A stretch of DNA of 63,438 bases, filler included, from Octopus bimaculoides (lineage: Eukaryota), in assembly GCF_001194135.2 (NCBI RefSeq). It is 5 parts of 5 records of this genome, joined end to end, with 100 filler letters (N's around TTAATTAATTAA, not from the genome) between each part and the next. Parts side by side here need not be neighbours in the genome. Positions count along the whole stretch, not along the records: positions 1 to 27,181 come from NC_068983.1; positions 27,282 to 43,956 come from NC_069009.1; 3 more parts are not named here. One strand, written 5' to 3'. A model generated the notes under the pieces. It was given only the letters and a program-made list of their open reading frames with translations. It was not told where the DNA came from and searched no databases. The translations under genes and the position numbers were made by a program. Positions 24,780-36,577 of this stretch are shown here, one piece after another; the stretch's first letter is position 1, and every line of letters starts with the position of its first letter.

Positions 24780-26267
24780 TTAATGTTCACACACAAAGTA
24801 TGTATTGCGTGCATGCACACACATGCACACAGTTGTGGTAGGGTCATTCTAATGTATAAGAATTCTAGATACTTAATGTTTCAATTTTATGGTTTCAGGT
24901 TCAGTCCCACTATAGCTCCAGGTCGACCAAAGCCTTGTGGATTTGCTAAGCAGAAACTGTGAGAAGCTCATCATGTGTGCTCACATCATACAAGTGGTGT
25001 AATTCATTTTTAGTTTTCTGTGAAAATAAATCTGGCCACGGAAAAATATTACCTTACAAGGGAAAATGGATGTTAAAATGATAATGAAGACAATGTGTCC
25101 TGTTTTGACTTAAGACAGTAGTGTGTAATTTGAAGGTGATTTCACTGCTATTTCCAGCATTTTGATTGAACTTAGAGCCTCCCTTATTGCCTTATCTGTA
25201 TGTATGTATTTTATAGTTTTCATTATTGATAAAACAAAATCCAAATGCAGTAGTAAATAAATATTCTCCAAACTGATGATAAAATTCTGAGAACTACATC
25301 AACCAAAGTAGATTTTGGTCATGTTCCTAGTATCTCGCACCACCACATTTATCAACAATACCAGAAAGGACGGGAGTGGGGAAGTTCTGGTGATACTTGG
25401 TTCAATTAGCAGCCGTGTAGCTTAGCCAAACAGTTCTCACGCCTCCTTCAAAAGAATATTTTGACAGGAAGCTGGCTTCCAAAAATAAACACAAAAAAAT
25501 GAACAAAAGTAAGAAAAAAGAAAATGGGGGAAACGGAGGAGGAACTAAAGAGGAAATTTTTATTGAAAATATCTGGAAATTTATAAAATTCACAAAATAT
25601 TCCAAATAAATATTTGGTGGTTCCTTTACCATGAACATCAACAAATAAACAGCATTTTTCAAATGTTCTTTAATTGATAGGCACAAGTCAAAGCTTTAAA
25701 ACCATGATGGGATTCCAAGAATTTCCAGACAGAAATACTTGGTATTTAAAGAAAGAAAAAAGAAAAAAAATGAAAAATGTTAAATACTTTATACATATTT
25801 CACAGCAACCGTTCAACAGATTTATAGAAATAGGAAGTTCAACTTAATGATGAGCAGTTCACGCACACACAAATATTTAACCAATACATAAATGAGATAG
25901 AGTTCTGGTGCCATGTAAAAAAGCACTGTGTTTTGCCCAAGGACGCAATGCACTACTTTGTCCAGGAATAGAAAGCATTATGTTGTAATCGTGAGCACAA
26001 CATCCTACCCACTTGGCCATACATCTTTACACCACTGACCGAGATATCGTTGTAGTGGAGCTATAAGATACGGAGGGAGGATGTGAATTTGTGGGTTGAA
26101 GAGAGCAAAGCCTTCTGGTAGATTTGGTTTGCCAAAACTATTCTTCAAAAGTTCCAGCCATAGATGTAAATCAAATACATCAAGCTCCACTTCAGCATCA
26201 CTTGCAAGTCAGCATAACCTGGGACCTAGTACCATGCTTTTACTGGTTGTTTTCAGTACCTAAATAG

Positions 26268-26404
26268 CAGGGTTGGCCCTAGGGTTGCTGGTGCCCTGGG
26301 CAAGCTGAACTTCAGTGCCTTTACAAGTCACACCTTCCATGACACCCCCAGCACATGACGCTCCAGGTGACTGCCTGAGTTGCTGGTACCTTGAGCTGGC
26401 CCTG
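26268..26404. mobile_element. hAT-type MITE (137 bp)
   Basis: Termini cagggttggcc / gctggccctg. 8-bp TSD ctaaatag (26260-26267) / ctaaataa (26405-26412). Confidence 0.7.
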
Positions 26405-26884
26405 CTAAATAATCACAAGCAAGCATGGATCCTCTGCAGGGAATCAAACTCACAAACTTACAATCATTAGCCAAACAACCTAACCACTAAACCACACACC
26501 TTAACAGACAGACAATGAACATGGCTCAGATATAAAGACAAGCTGAAGAGCAACCCCTTAGCAATGAGGGGAGTCCATAACACCTTTGAGTAAATGACCT
26601 TGGAGCAAACAAAATGGAAATTGTTGTGTCAAAACAAATTGTTGTGTCAAATTAGAAACTTTGTTGTAACCAGCATTAACAGGCTTTGGGGTGCAAGGCA
26701 AAGCAGAAAAGTGGCTGCAAATACACCAATTGCACTGACCTGTAATCCTCATACTTGCAGGATCTGTGGGCTTTCTTGCAAATCATTGGCAAGGCTTAAC
26801 TGTCACATTCAACATAAGCATTATAACTGACAAAGAGTAGGTTATCGGATCCTCATATGTCGAAATCAACAGGAGAATCCATCA

Positions 26885-27181
26885 GCCAGAGGGGAAGCAG
26901 ATAAGAAAAGATTTGCCAATGTTCTGCGCCGTGAGGACCAAAGACTCGAGGTATTTCGTGTTGCAAGACAGTGTAGGAGAGAGAATAGTGATGTCGTAGG
27001 AGAGAAATGTGTTCGCATGGATGATGGTAGGCTTGCACTAAATGAGGTTGCAAAGAAAGAGGTCTGGAGATGCCACTACGATAGATTGCTTAATAAAGAG
27101 AATGAATGGGAGAAAGAGAGTCTGCCGTATGTCGACCCAACAGAGGGACCAGCTATCCGAGTTGACAGTACCAGGGTAGAT
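26885..27181 (+). mobile_element. RTE LINE ORF fragment (endonuclease-RT linker), 5'-truncated, running into a spacer gap
   Basis: Uninterrupted ~99 codons: ARGEADKKRFANVLRREDQRLEVFRVARQ...KKEVWRCHYDRLLNKENEWEKESLPYVDPTEGPAIRVD. Confidence 0.85.
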
Positions 27182-27719
27182 NNNNNNNNNNNNNNNNNNN
27201 NNNNNNNNNNNNNNNNNNNNNNNNNTTAATTAATTAANNNNNNNNNNNNNNNNNNNNNNNNNNNNNNNNNNNNNNNNNNNNACCTTCGATGCAAAAGACA
27301 TCCCTTGGCAAATATATGTAACTTTCTCCAGTAACTTTCTCCTGGGGCTAAAAGCAACAGTAACATCCACCCCTCGGGGTCAGCCACATTTAAGTGGCAA
27401 ATATACTTCACTTTATCGTGCAGTTACTGTTAATACCTCGTTCAGAGATTTAACATTGCTTATATATATATATATATTAGACTTCTTTTAGTTTCTGTCT
27501 ACTAAATCCACTCACAAGGCTTTGGTTGGCCCAAGGTGCCATGCAGTGAGACTGAACCTGGAACCATGTAGTTGGGAAGCAAGCTTCTTACCACACAGCC
27601 ACGCTTGCACCTATGGGTGTCTAAACAACATTTACTCTTATATTTTTTATTATACAAGTGTACCAGTGACCCTGTTTATTATACAACTCTCCTGACATTT
27701 ATATATCTATTAATTACAG

Positions 27720-27888
27720 GATGTCCCAGGCCCTGATTCCTATGATGTATGCAATGCATTTGAAAAATCTCAAATTCACCCAGCGAGGTCGAAACCCAGA
27801 AGCTCACAGAGTGGGTTTCTGTCAGGATCAGCACGTTTTCGTAATGGGCAAGATTTTCAGAGTCTAGCAGAGAAGAAAAGGGTACCCG
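27720..27888 (+). CDS. STPG2: Internal coding exon of a sperm-tail PG-rich repeat protein (STPG2-like)
   Basis: Acceptor ...tctattaattacag|, donor CCCG|gtaagt, 169 bp, phase 0->1. Open frame DVPGPDSYDVCNAFEKSQIHPARSKPRSSQSGFLSGSARFRNGQDFQSLAEKKRVP(G). The PGPxxYDV...KSQ...PR...FLS...R...PG pattern resembles the C-terminal SHIPPO/PG repeats of STPG2 (recognised from memory, not searched). Confidence 0.8.
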
Positions 27889-28014
27889 GTAAGTACCCAA
27901 CTCGCTTTTGTTTGTTGTTCGTTAGAATTTGTTTATTTGGGAAACACAGCCCAAATATTTTTTTATTTGCACTGTCAATCTCTGAAACGGATGTAAAGGA
28001 TCTTTCTTTGTCTC

Positions 28015-28670
28015 TTATTCTCTTACTTCTTTCAGTCATTAGACTGTGACCATGCTGGGGCACCACCTTGAAGAGTGAGTGTTTTAGTTGAATGAATCAA
28101 CCCCTGTACTTATTTTCTCGTTTTTGAGCCTGGTATTTGTTCTATCAGTGTTTTTTTTTTTGCCAAATTGCTAAGTTATGAGGATGTTAACAAACCTATA
28201 CTGGTTGTTAAGCAGTGGTGGGGAACAAACACGCACACGAAGATCCATGCAAACCCATACACATATATGATGGGCTTCTGCCAGTTTCTGTTTTCAAAAT
28301 CTACTAACAAGGCTTTGGTCGACCCAAGGCTATATTAGAAGACACTTCTCCAAGATTCCACACAGTAGGACTGAACCTAGAACCATGTGGTTGGAAAGCA
28401 AGCTTTTTATTTTTTTTTTTACTGCCCACAAGCGGCTGAACATAGAGGGGCAAACAAGGACAGACAAAGGGATCAAGTCGATTACATCGACCCCAGTGTG
28501 TAACTGGTACTTAATTTATCAACCCTGAAAGGATGAAAGGCAAAGTCAACCTCGGTGGAATCTGAACTCAGAACGTAGCAGAAGACAACATACCACTAAG
28601 CATTTCACCCTGCGTGCTAACGTTTCTGCCAACTCGCCGTCTCTTACCACTCAGCCATGCCTGTGCCTAT
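28015..28670 (-). mobile_element. SINE family A with a nested SINE family B (28404-28640)
   Basis: The host head aagcaagct|...|ctcttaccactcagcc is split by a B element with a T-tract (A-tail on the minus strand). Confidence 0.8.
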
Positions 28671-28764
28671 AGATGGAGTTAATATTGAAAGCTGCATTTA
28701 TTATTTATTCAGACAGGAGGCAATGTAGGTGGGTGTGTATGTGTGTGTCCATGGGGGCATGTAA

Positions 28765-29030
28765 CCTTGTGGTTATAGTATTGTACACACAATCACAAGA
28801 CCTTGAGTTCAGTTCCCAGATCGAGCAGCACATTGTGTCCTTGAGCAAGACACTTCATTTCATATTGCTCCAGTTCACTCAACTGTTAATGGGTCACCCT
28901 GTGATGGACCAGTCTTCCAATTCAGGGGGATATATATATGGCCTACTCACCCAGCCAGCAGGGTGGTATCATTTGAAAGCTAAAACAACTCAAAAGGGCA
29001 TTGTGACCAGCGATGTATAACGTCCAATAC
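28765..29030 (+). mobile_element. SINE family E with V-like body
   Basis: gtgtccttgagcaagacactt...ccctgtgatggaccagtc...gggcattgtgaccagcgatg. Confidence 0.55.
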
Positions 29031-29045
29031 TCTAATTGACCACAT

Positions 29046-29400
29046 GATGAATTCAGCATACAAATAGGAGTCCACCAAGGGTCAGTCCTCAGCCCCCTTT
29101 TCATCATTAGTCTTCTAAACAATAACAGAGAAATTTAAGTCAGGCTGCCCCTGGGAGCTCCTCTGTGGTGAGGTTCTTATAGCTGAATCACTACCAGGAC
29201 TAGAGAAGCAAGGTGTGGAATCAAAGGGCCTCAGAGTTAATTTAGCAAATGCCAAAGTTTTAGTAGAAACTCTGACAATTCACAAATCACTTCAGGTAGA
29301 AAAATCGTAGGTAAAAATGCCATAAGGTGTACCCAGCAATATTAGTGGAAGGTTAACAGGGAAAATAGTTTTTGTGTGTGACAGATGCACAGGTATGGTA
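29046..29400 (+). pseudogene. Decayed RTE reverse transcriptase (RT motifs 4-6)
   Basis: DEFSIQIGVHQGSVLSPLFII, then after a frameshift TITEKFKSGCPWELL...ESKGLRVNLA. The YADD motif is destroyed. Confidence 0.8.
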
Positions 29401-30085
29401 GACACTAGAAATGATGTTTTTACATCACAGTAACTTAGCAGTTCAGCAAAGAGGATCGACTGAATAAGCACCAGGCTTTAAAATTCAAAAACAAAAATAT
29501 TAGGGTCGATTTATTCGACTAGAATAAACATTCTTCAAGGCAGTGCCCCAGCATGGTCACAGTGTAATGACTGAAACAAGTAAAAGATAAAATATATTCT
29601 AGAGAGGTTCTGATGATATGCAATAAAGCCAGGCGTTTTATGGACGTGAAACCTAAGGTCATTTCATAAACCGGCCTTATCTAGCTTTAATATATATATA
29701 TNNNNNNNNNNNNNNNNNNNNNNNNNNNNNNNNNNNNNNNNNNNNNNNNNNNNNNNNNNNNNNNNNNNNNNNNNNNNNNNNNNNNNNNNNNNNNNNNNNN
29801 NNNNNNNNNNNNNNNNNNNNNNNNNNNNNNNNNNNNNNNNNNNNNNNNNNNNNNNNNNNNNNNNNNNNNNNNNNNNNNNNNNNNNNNNNNNNNNNNNNNN
29901 NNNNNNNNNNNNNNNNNNNNNNNNNNNNNNNNNNNNNNNNNNNNNNNNNNNNNNNNNNNNNNNNNNNNNNNNNNNNNNNNNNNNNNNNNNNNNNNNNNNN
30001 NNNNNNNNNNNNNNNNNNNNNNNNNNNNNNNNNNNNNNNNNNNNNNNNNNNNNNNNNNNNNNNNNNNNNNNNNNNNNNNNNNNNN

Positions 30086-30298
30086 GTGGCCGTTTTCGTG
30101 CGGGTGACACGTAAAAGCACCCACTACACTCTCTGAGTGGTTGGCGTTAGGAAGGGAATCCAGCTGTAGAAACTCTGCCAAGTCGGACTGGAGCCTGGTG
30201 TTGCCATCCGGTTTCACCAGTCCTCAGTCAAATCGTCCAACCCATGCTAGCATGGAAGGCGGACGTTAAACGATGATGATGATGATGATGATGATGAT
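30086..30298 (+). mobile_element. Young RTE LINE 3' end with (GAT)n tail
   Basis: Near-identical to 37871-38113; abuts a gap. Confidence 0.9.
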
Positions 30299-30779
30299 AT
30301 ATGGTGTCATTCTGTTTATTTGTTTTTGTATTTGAAAGTTAATTCTGCCTTCTTTGTCTCATAATGCTCATCTAACATTTTTCTGTTCATAAATTCTGAT
30401 AGCTGAATTACTTTTCTCCTTTTTCTCATTGGTAAATCTAATCAATATATATATATATGTGTATATATATATCTAATCAATATATATATATATGCTATGT
30501 GTCATCAATATATATTCAATACTGTATTTTTTTATATGACTTTTCCTGCCACTATTAATTATTCTATTTCATATATATTCCATTATTTCCGAACTTCACT
30601 TTTATATTCAGCTTACTGAGAAGTGTCTTCTATTCAATTTTAGACTATTTCATTATTACACTGCATGCTTGTATTTCTTGCTTTAAGTAGAACAAAAAAC
30701 CAGAAATAATTTGGAATTACAGACTGAAAATTCTTAAGACCAAAGTCTGTTGGTGCCTCTTCATGTCTCTACAAGAAAT

Positions 30780-31270
30780 ATCGTTCATTATTTGCATTTG
30801 CAGTGAATTGCGATAACGGTTTTCAAATTTTGGCCCCAAATATCACAACAGAACTCTTGTTTGACAGTCTTGTCCAAGGAGACAAATTCTTGATGCATAA
30901 TGCCACATTTCTGGATGTAACGTTTGTGACAGATCTTCCAGATCACTCCTTGTCTTCCAGGGGTGTTCTTCCACTTTTGAAGCATCCGTACCATTTGAAA
31001 CATTGCGTACGACCCAATGTCTCATCACCATAAGTGTGGTGAAGCATGCTCAATGTCTCTGTAGCAGACTTCCCAAGTTTAACACAAAATTTCATGTCGG
31101 CTTCTTGTTCTTGTCCATGACAATAATCGCAGACTGCAGCATACATGTGATCACAAAAACACAAATTACCCAACTTGCAAAGTAAACAGTTGTGTCACTT
31201 AACACACTGCCTAATGAAGTTTACTGCTAGGTCTCACTGTGTTACAGAACTAGTGCAGGACATTTTCAAT
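30780..31270 (-). pseudogene. Internally deleted mariner transposase
   Basis: HTH region QEADMKFCVKLGKSATETLSMLHHTYGDETLGRTQCFKWYGCFKSGRTPLEDKE*SGR is joined directly to the catalytic-region piece GIMHQEFVSLDKTVKQEFCCD. Confidence 0.85.
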
Positions 31271-31334
31271 ATCATCTCATGTGTGTGAATAATCTTGCAT
31301 GAAAATAGCACTGAGATACAAACGGTGAACTTAG

Positions 31335-31622
31335 TTTACTCTTTTACTTGTTTCAGTCATTTGACTGCAGCCATGCTGGAGCACCACCTTTAGTCGAGCA
31401 AATCGATGCCAGGACTTATTCTTTGGGAGCCTAGTACTTATTCTATCAGTCTCTTTTGCCGAAACACACCAGCATCGGTTGTCAAGCGATGTTGGGGGGG
31501 ACAAACACAGACACACAAACACACACATATATATATATGCATATACATATATACGACGGGCTTCTTTCAGTTTCTGTCCACCAAATCCACCCACAAGGCC
31601 TTGGTCGGCCCGAGGCTATAGT
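31335..31622 (-). mobile_element. SINE family A (young, runs into a gap)
   Basis: Close match to 981-1380 in the opposite orientation. Confidence 0.9.
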
Positions 31623-32249
31623 NNNNNNNNNNNNNNNNNNNNNNNNNNNNNNNNNNNNNNNNNNNNNNNNNNNNNNNNNNNNNNNNNNNNNNNNNNNNNN
31701 NNNNNNNNNNNNNNNNNNNNNNNNNNNNNNNNNNNNNNNNNNNNNNNNNNNNNNNNNNNNNNNNNNNNNNNNNNNNNNNNNNNNNNNNNNNNNNNNNNNN
31801 NNNNNNNNNNNNNNNNNNNNNNNNNNNNNNNNNNNNNNNNNNNNNNNNNNNNNNNNNNNNNNNNNNNNNNNNNNNNNNNNNNNNNNNNNNNNNNNNNNNN
31901 NNNNNNNNNNNNNNNNNNNNNNNNNNNNNNNNNNNNNNNNNNNNNNNNNNNNNNNNNNNNNNNNNNNNNNNNNNNNNNNNNNNNNNNNNNNNNNNNNNNN
32001 NNNNNNNNNNNNNNNNNNNNNNNNNNNNNNNNNNNNNNNNNNNNNNNNNNNNNNNNNNNNNNNNNNNNNNNNNNNNNNNNNNNNNNNNNNNNNNNNNNNN
32101 NNNNNNNNNNNNNNNNNNNNNNNNNNNNNNNNNNNNNNNNNNNNNNNNNCATTCATCTTTGGTAATTAAGCTGTTGTTAAACACAGACTGACTAATCGGG
32201 GATCCAATTAAGATCTCCCGATTAACGAACAGGGTGAAACGTCCTGATT

Positions 32250-32640
32250 GTGACGATAGTGGTCATAGTGGTGGTATTATATTATTGGTGGTGTGGGTGG
32301 TGGTGATTTGTAGTGGTGGTGGTGGTGGTGGTGATGGCAATGGTGGTGATTGGTGGTTCTGGTGGTTGATTGTGGTAGTAGTGGTAGTAGTGGTGGTGGT
32401 TGATTGTGTTGGTGGTGGCATTGGCTATGGTGGTAGTAGTGGTGTATGAGTGTAGCGTTGGTGGTGGTGGTGGTACAATCAGTTATAGAATAGGTGTTAC
32501 ATGTGGAGGAGGAGATGGTGGTGTGGATAAGGGTGGGGGTTGAGTTGAGTTCGTTGCAGGGAGTGGGGTGGATGATGGGGGTGGTGGTTGTTCTATGTAG
32601 GGAAAGTGTGGTGTCTAAATGGCTATGGTGGCAATTGGGT
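32250..32640. repeat. Cryptic (GGT/GAT/TGT)n low-complexity tract
   Basis: Degenerate trinucleotide runs. Confidence 0.85.
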
Positions 32641-32764
32641 TGTTTTTGCTTATACACGTTCCTGCTGATTTATAGCAAAGGCTTGCCACATATGACCATC
32701 CCATTTATTTGTTAGGTTATACATATATATGTACATGTGTGTGTGTGTGTATTTTTTTCCTTTT

Positions 32765-33130
32765 TCTTTTATTGTTTACTTGTGCCAGTTATTAGACTGT
32801 GGCCATGCTGGGGCACCACTTTGAAGTTTTGCTTTTTAAACCTGGCACTTATTTCATCAGTCTCTTCGTACCAAACCTCGAGGTTATGAGGATGTAAACA
32901 GAACAACACCAGTTCTCAAAGATTGGTGAAAGACACACACACACACACACACACACACATGCACACACATATATACAACGGGCTTCTTTCAATTTCTGTC
33001 CACCAAATCTACTCACAAGGCTTTGGTCGGCCCGAGGCTATAGTAAAAGGCATTTGCCCAAGGTGCCACGCAGTGGGACTGAACACAAAACTATGTGGTT
33101 GGTAAGCAAGCTTCTTACCACACAGCCATA
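32765..33130 (-). mobile_element. SINE family A
   Basis: Tail and head motifs on the minus strand. Confidence 0.8.
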
Positions 33131-33202
33131 TATATATANNNNNNNNNNNNNNNNNNNNNNNNNNNNNNNGTGTGTGTGTGTGTGTGTGTGTGTGCACATA
33201 CT

Positions 33203-33440
33203 CAGGGTGCGATGGGTAAATTGTCGCCGTTTTATTTTTTTATTTCATGCATGTGCATTGTTCGCTTTTGATGTTGTCGACTACACAGTATAGTAGGGTT
33301 AGTTGGGCACCATCTGTGAGAAAAACAGCACCATGATGCAATTCACTCTGTCAGAAATTTGGAAACGACTTGCTGCGCTGCTTGGCGTCCCTGCCGGAGG
33401 CTCCGACATGAACATTTCAGAGTGCTTTGGGTGTGTATGT
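33203..33440 (+). mobile_element. 5' end of a Tc1/mariner (probably maT-type) element with transposase start
   Basis: Terminus cagggtgcg is shared with 60199. ATG at 33333 reads MMQFTLSEIWKRLAALLGVPAGGSDMNISEC, an HTH-like start. Confidence 0.55.
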
Positions 33441-34450
33441 GAGGACAGCGCATTTACTGAGAGTGTTTAAAATCAAACAGCCCGTCAACATCTGACAAAA
33501 TGATCTGGATGCTAAAGGGTTAAGGCAGTGCTCCAGCATGTCCACCGTCAAATGATTGAAACAAGTTGCAGAAAGCAATTGTGTTGATGGAACATCCAGA
33601 ATCTGCATTCATTGAAACCTAACGAAGGTCCGAGATTTATGTGAAGGCGTACATATATCTGCATATGTATGTATGTATGTGTGTGTGTGTGTGTGTGTGC
33701 GTGTGCGCGTGTCTGTGTGTCTTACGTGAGTCATGGGTTTCGTAGCTCAGATGTGTGTAGGTGTGTGTGTGTGTGNNNNNNNNNNNNNNNNNNNNNNNNN
33801 NNNNNNNNNNNNNNNNNNNNNNNNNNNNNNNNNNNNNNNNNNNNNNNNNNNNNNNNNNNNNNNNNNNNNNNNNNNNNNNNNNNNNNNNNNNNNNNNNNNN
33901 NNNNNNNNNNNNNNNNNNNNNNNNNNNNNNNNNNNNNNNNNNNNNNNNNNNNNNNNNNNNNNNNNNNNNNNNNNNNNNNNNNNNNNNNNNNNNNNNNNNN
34001 NNNNNNNNNNNNNNNNNNNNNNNNNNNNNNNNNNNNNNNNNNNNNNNNNNNNNNNNNNNNNNNNNNNNNNNNNNNNNNNNNNNNNNNNNNNNNNNNNNNN
34101 NNNNNNNNNNNNNNNNNNNNNNNNNNNNNNNNNNNNNNNNNNNNNNNNNNNNNNNNNNNNNNNNNNNNNNNNNNNNNNNNNNNNNNNNNNNNNNNNNNNN
34201 NNNNNNNNNNNNNNNNNNNNNNNNNNNNNNNNNNNNNNNNNNNNNNNNNNNNNNNNNNNNNNNNNNNNNNNNNNNNNNNNNNNNNNNNNNNNNNNNNNNN
34301 NNNNNNNNNNNNNNNNNNNNNNNNNNNNNNNNNNNNNNNNNNNNNNNNNNNNNNNNNNNNNNNNNNNNNNNNNNNNNNNNNNNNNNNNNNNNNNNNNNNN
34401 NNNNNNNATATATATATATACATACATACATATATAAATATATGTGCTTA

Positions 34451-34521
<71 letters not shown>

Positions 34522-34688
34522 ATACATACATATTATGCCAACACTCTCATGCACATGAATGGATGCACACACACACATGCACCTAGATGCATATTTATGT
34601 ACTGAGGGAAAAGTAAATATTCTCCCGATACAAATGAAATGCGGAAAAGAGATTGTGAAGCAAATAATGAAACCATATTGCATATATA

Positions 34689-34732
<44 letters not shown>

Positions 34733-35260
34733 GGTACCTTTTTATCTATGTATATACATTGTATATTTATGTATCTGTAGGTGTATAATCATATATATGT
34801 ATGTATGTATGTATATGTATGAATGTATGTACACACACAAACACACACACACATACATATATATCTGTATATATGAATATATATAAAATGTATAACAATG
34901 TATGCATGTATAGATAACTGTATAGAAATACATACACACTATATAATATATATAATGTATATTGTATGTATATATATATATGTTGCATACTTAAGTCTTC
35001 ATACACACACATATATATCTACATATAATAAGCCTACATATCCTCATGTATATACATATAAACATGCATGATGTAATGTATGTTCAACAAACGTTAACTT
35101 TTCCGAAGTAGCGTGTAATTAGTAATTTTATAAATTTGACGTATGTGACACTAGTTCTATAGCGTGTGTGTGTGTGTGTATAAGCATATGTATATTGTCT
35201 GTATATAATACATACATACACACATGTTTGCATGTGTTTATTTCAATGTATCTGTATTGG

Positions 35261-35295
<35 letters not shown>

Positions 35296-36198
35296 ATCAT
35301 TGTCATCATCATGAATATATGATTGTATGCACACATATTAAGTTATATATCTGTATGTATGAATGTATATANNNNNNNNNNNNNNNNNNNNNNNNNNNNN
35401 NNNNNNNNNNNNNNNNNNNNNNNNNNNNNNNNNNNNNNNNNNNNNNNNNNNNNNNNNNNNNNNNNNNNNNNNNNNNNNNNNNNNNNNNNNNNNNNNNNNN
35501 NNNNNNNNNNNNNNNNNNNNNNNNNNNNNNNNNNNNNNNNNNNNNNNNNNNNNNNNNNNNNNNNNNNNNNNNNNNNNNNNNNNNNNNNNNNNNNNNNNNN
35601 NNNNNNNNNNNNNNNNNNNNNNNNNNNNNNNNNNNNNNNNNNNNNNNNNNNNNNNNNNNNNNNNNNNNNNNNNNNNNNNNNNNNNNNNNNNNNNNNNNNN
35701 NNNNNNNNNNNNNNNNNNNNNNNNNNNNNNNNNNNNNNNNNNNNNNNNNNNNNNNNNNNNNNNNNNNNNNNNNNNNNNNNNNNNNNNNNNNNNNNNNNNN
35801 NNNNNNNNNNNNNNNNNNNNNNNNNNNNNNNNNNNNNNNNNNNNNNNNNNNNNNNNNNNNNNNNNNNNNNNNNNNNNNNNNNNNNNNNNNNNNNNNNNNN
35901 NNNNNNNNNNNNNNNNNNNNNNNNNNNNNNNNNNNNNNNNNNNNNNNNNNNNNNNNNNNNNNNNNNNNNNNNNNNNNNNNNNNNNNNNNNNNNNNNNNNN
36001 NNNNNNNNNNNNNNNNNNNNNNNNNNNNNNNNNNNNNNNNNNNNNNNNNNNNNNNNNNNNNNNNNNNNNNNNNNNNNNNNNNNNNNNNNNNNNNNNNNNN
36101 NNNNNNNNNNNNNNNNNNNNNNNNNNNNNNNNNNNNNNNNNNNNNNNNNNNNNNNNNNNNNNNNNNNNNNNNNNNNNNNNNNNNNNNNNNNNNNNNNN

Positions 36199-36492
36199 TT
36201 GAAGCCTAGCCTGGCTCATGGACCTGGTTTCCCGGTTTCTATGGCGTATGTGTTCCCCCCAGCTGGACGGGACACCAGTCCATCGCAGCGTTACTCAAGA
36301 AACAAGAAGAAAGGATGAGAGAAAGTTGGGGCGAAAGAGTGCAACAGGGGTCGCCACCACCCCCTGCTGGAGCCTCGTGGAGCTTTGGGTGTTTTCACTC
36401 AATAAACACACACAACACCTGGTCTGGGTATCAAAACCGCAATCCTCCAACTGCGAGTCCGCTGCCCTAATGACTGGGCCATTGCGCCTCCG
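36199..36492 (-). mobile_element. SINE family C head with V-domain-like body
   Basis: Minus strand gaggcgcaatggcccagtcattagggcagcggactcgc..., body ctgcgatggactggtgtcccgtccag. Head shared with 38622. Confidence 0.8.
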
Positions 36493-36577
36493 CACACACA
36501 CACACATATATATGTATATACATACATAAACATATATATGTATATACATACATATACATACATATACATATATATAT

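Noticed and set aside
27226-27237. TTAATTAATTAA islands inside N-runs (also 44001-44012, 50675-50686, 61284-61295)
   Set aside because: Each is exactly 44N+12+44N = 100 bp and gives stops in all six frames. This is an artificial scaffolding spacer, not biology.
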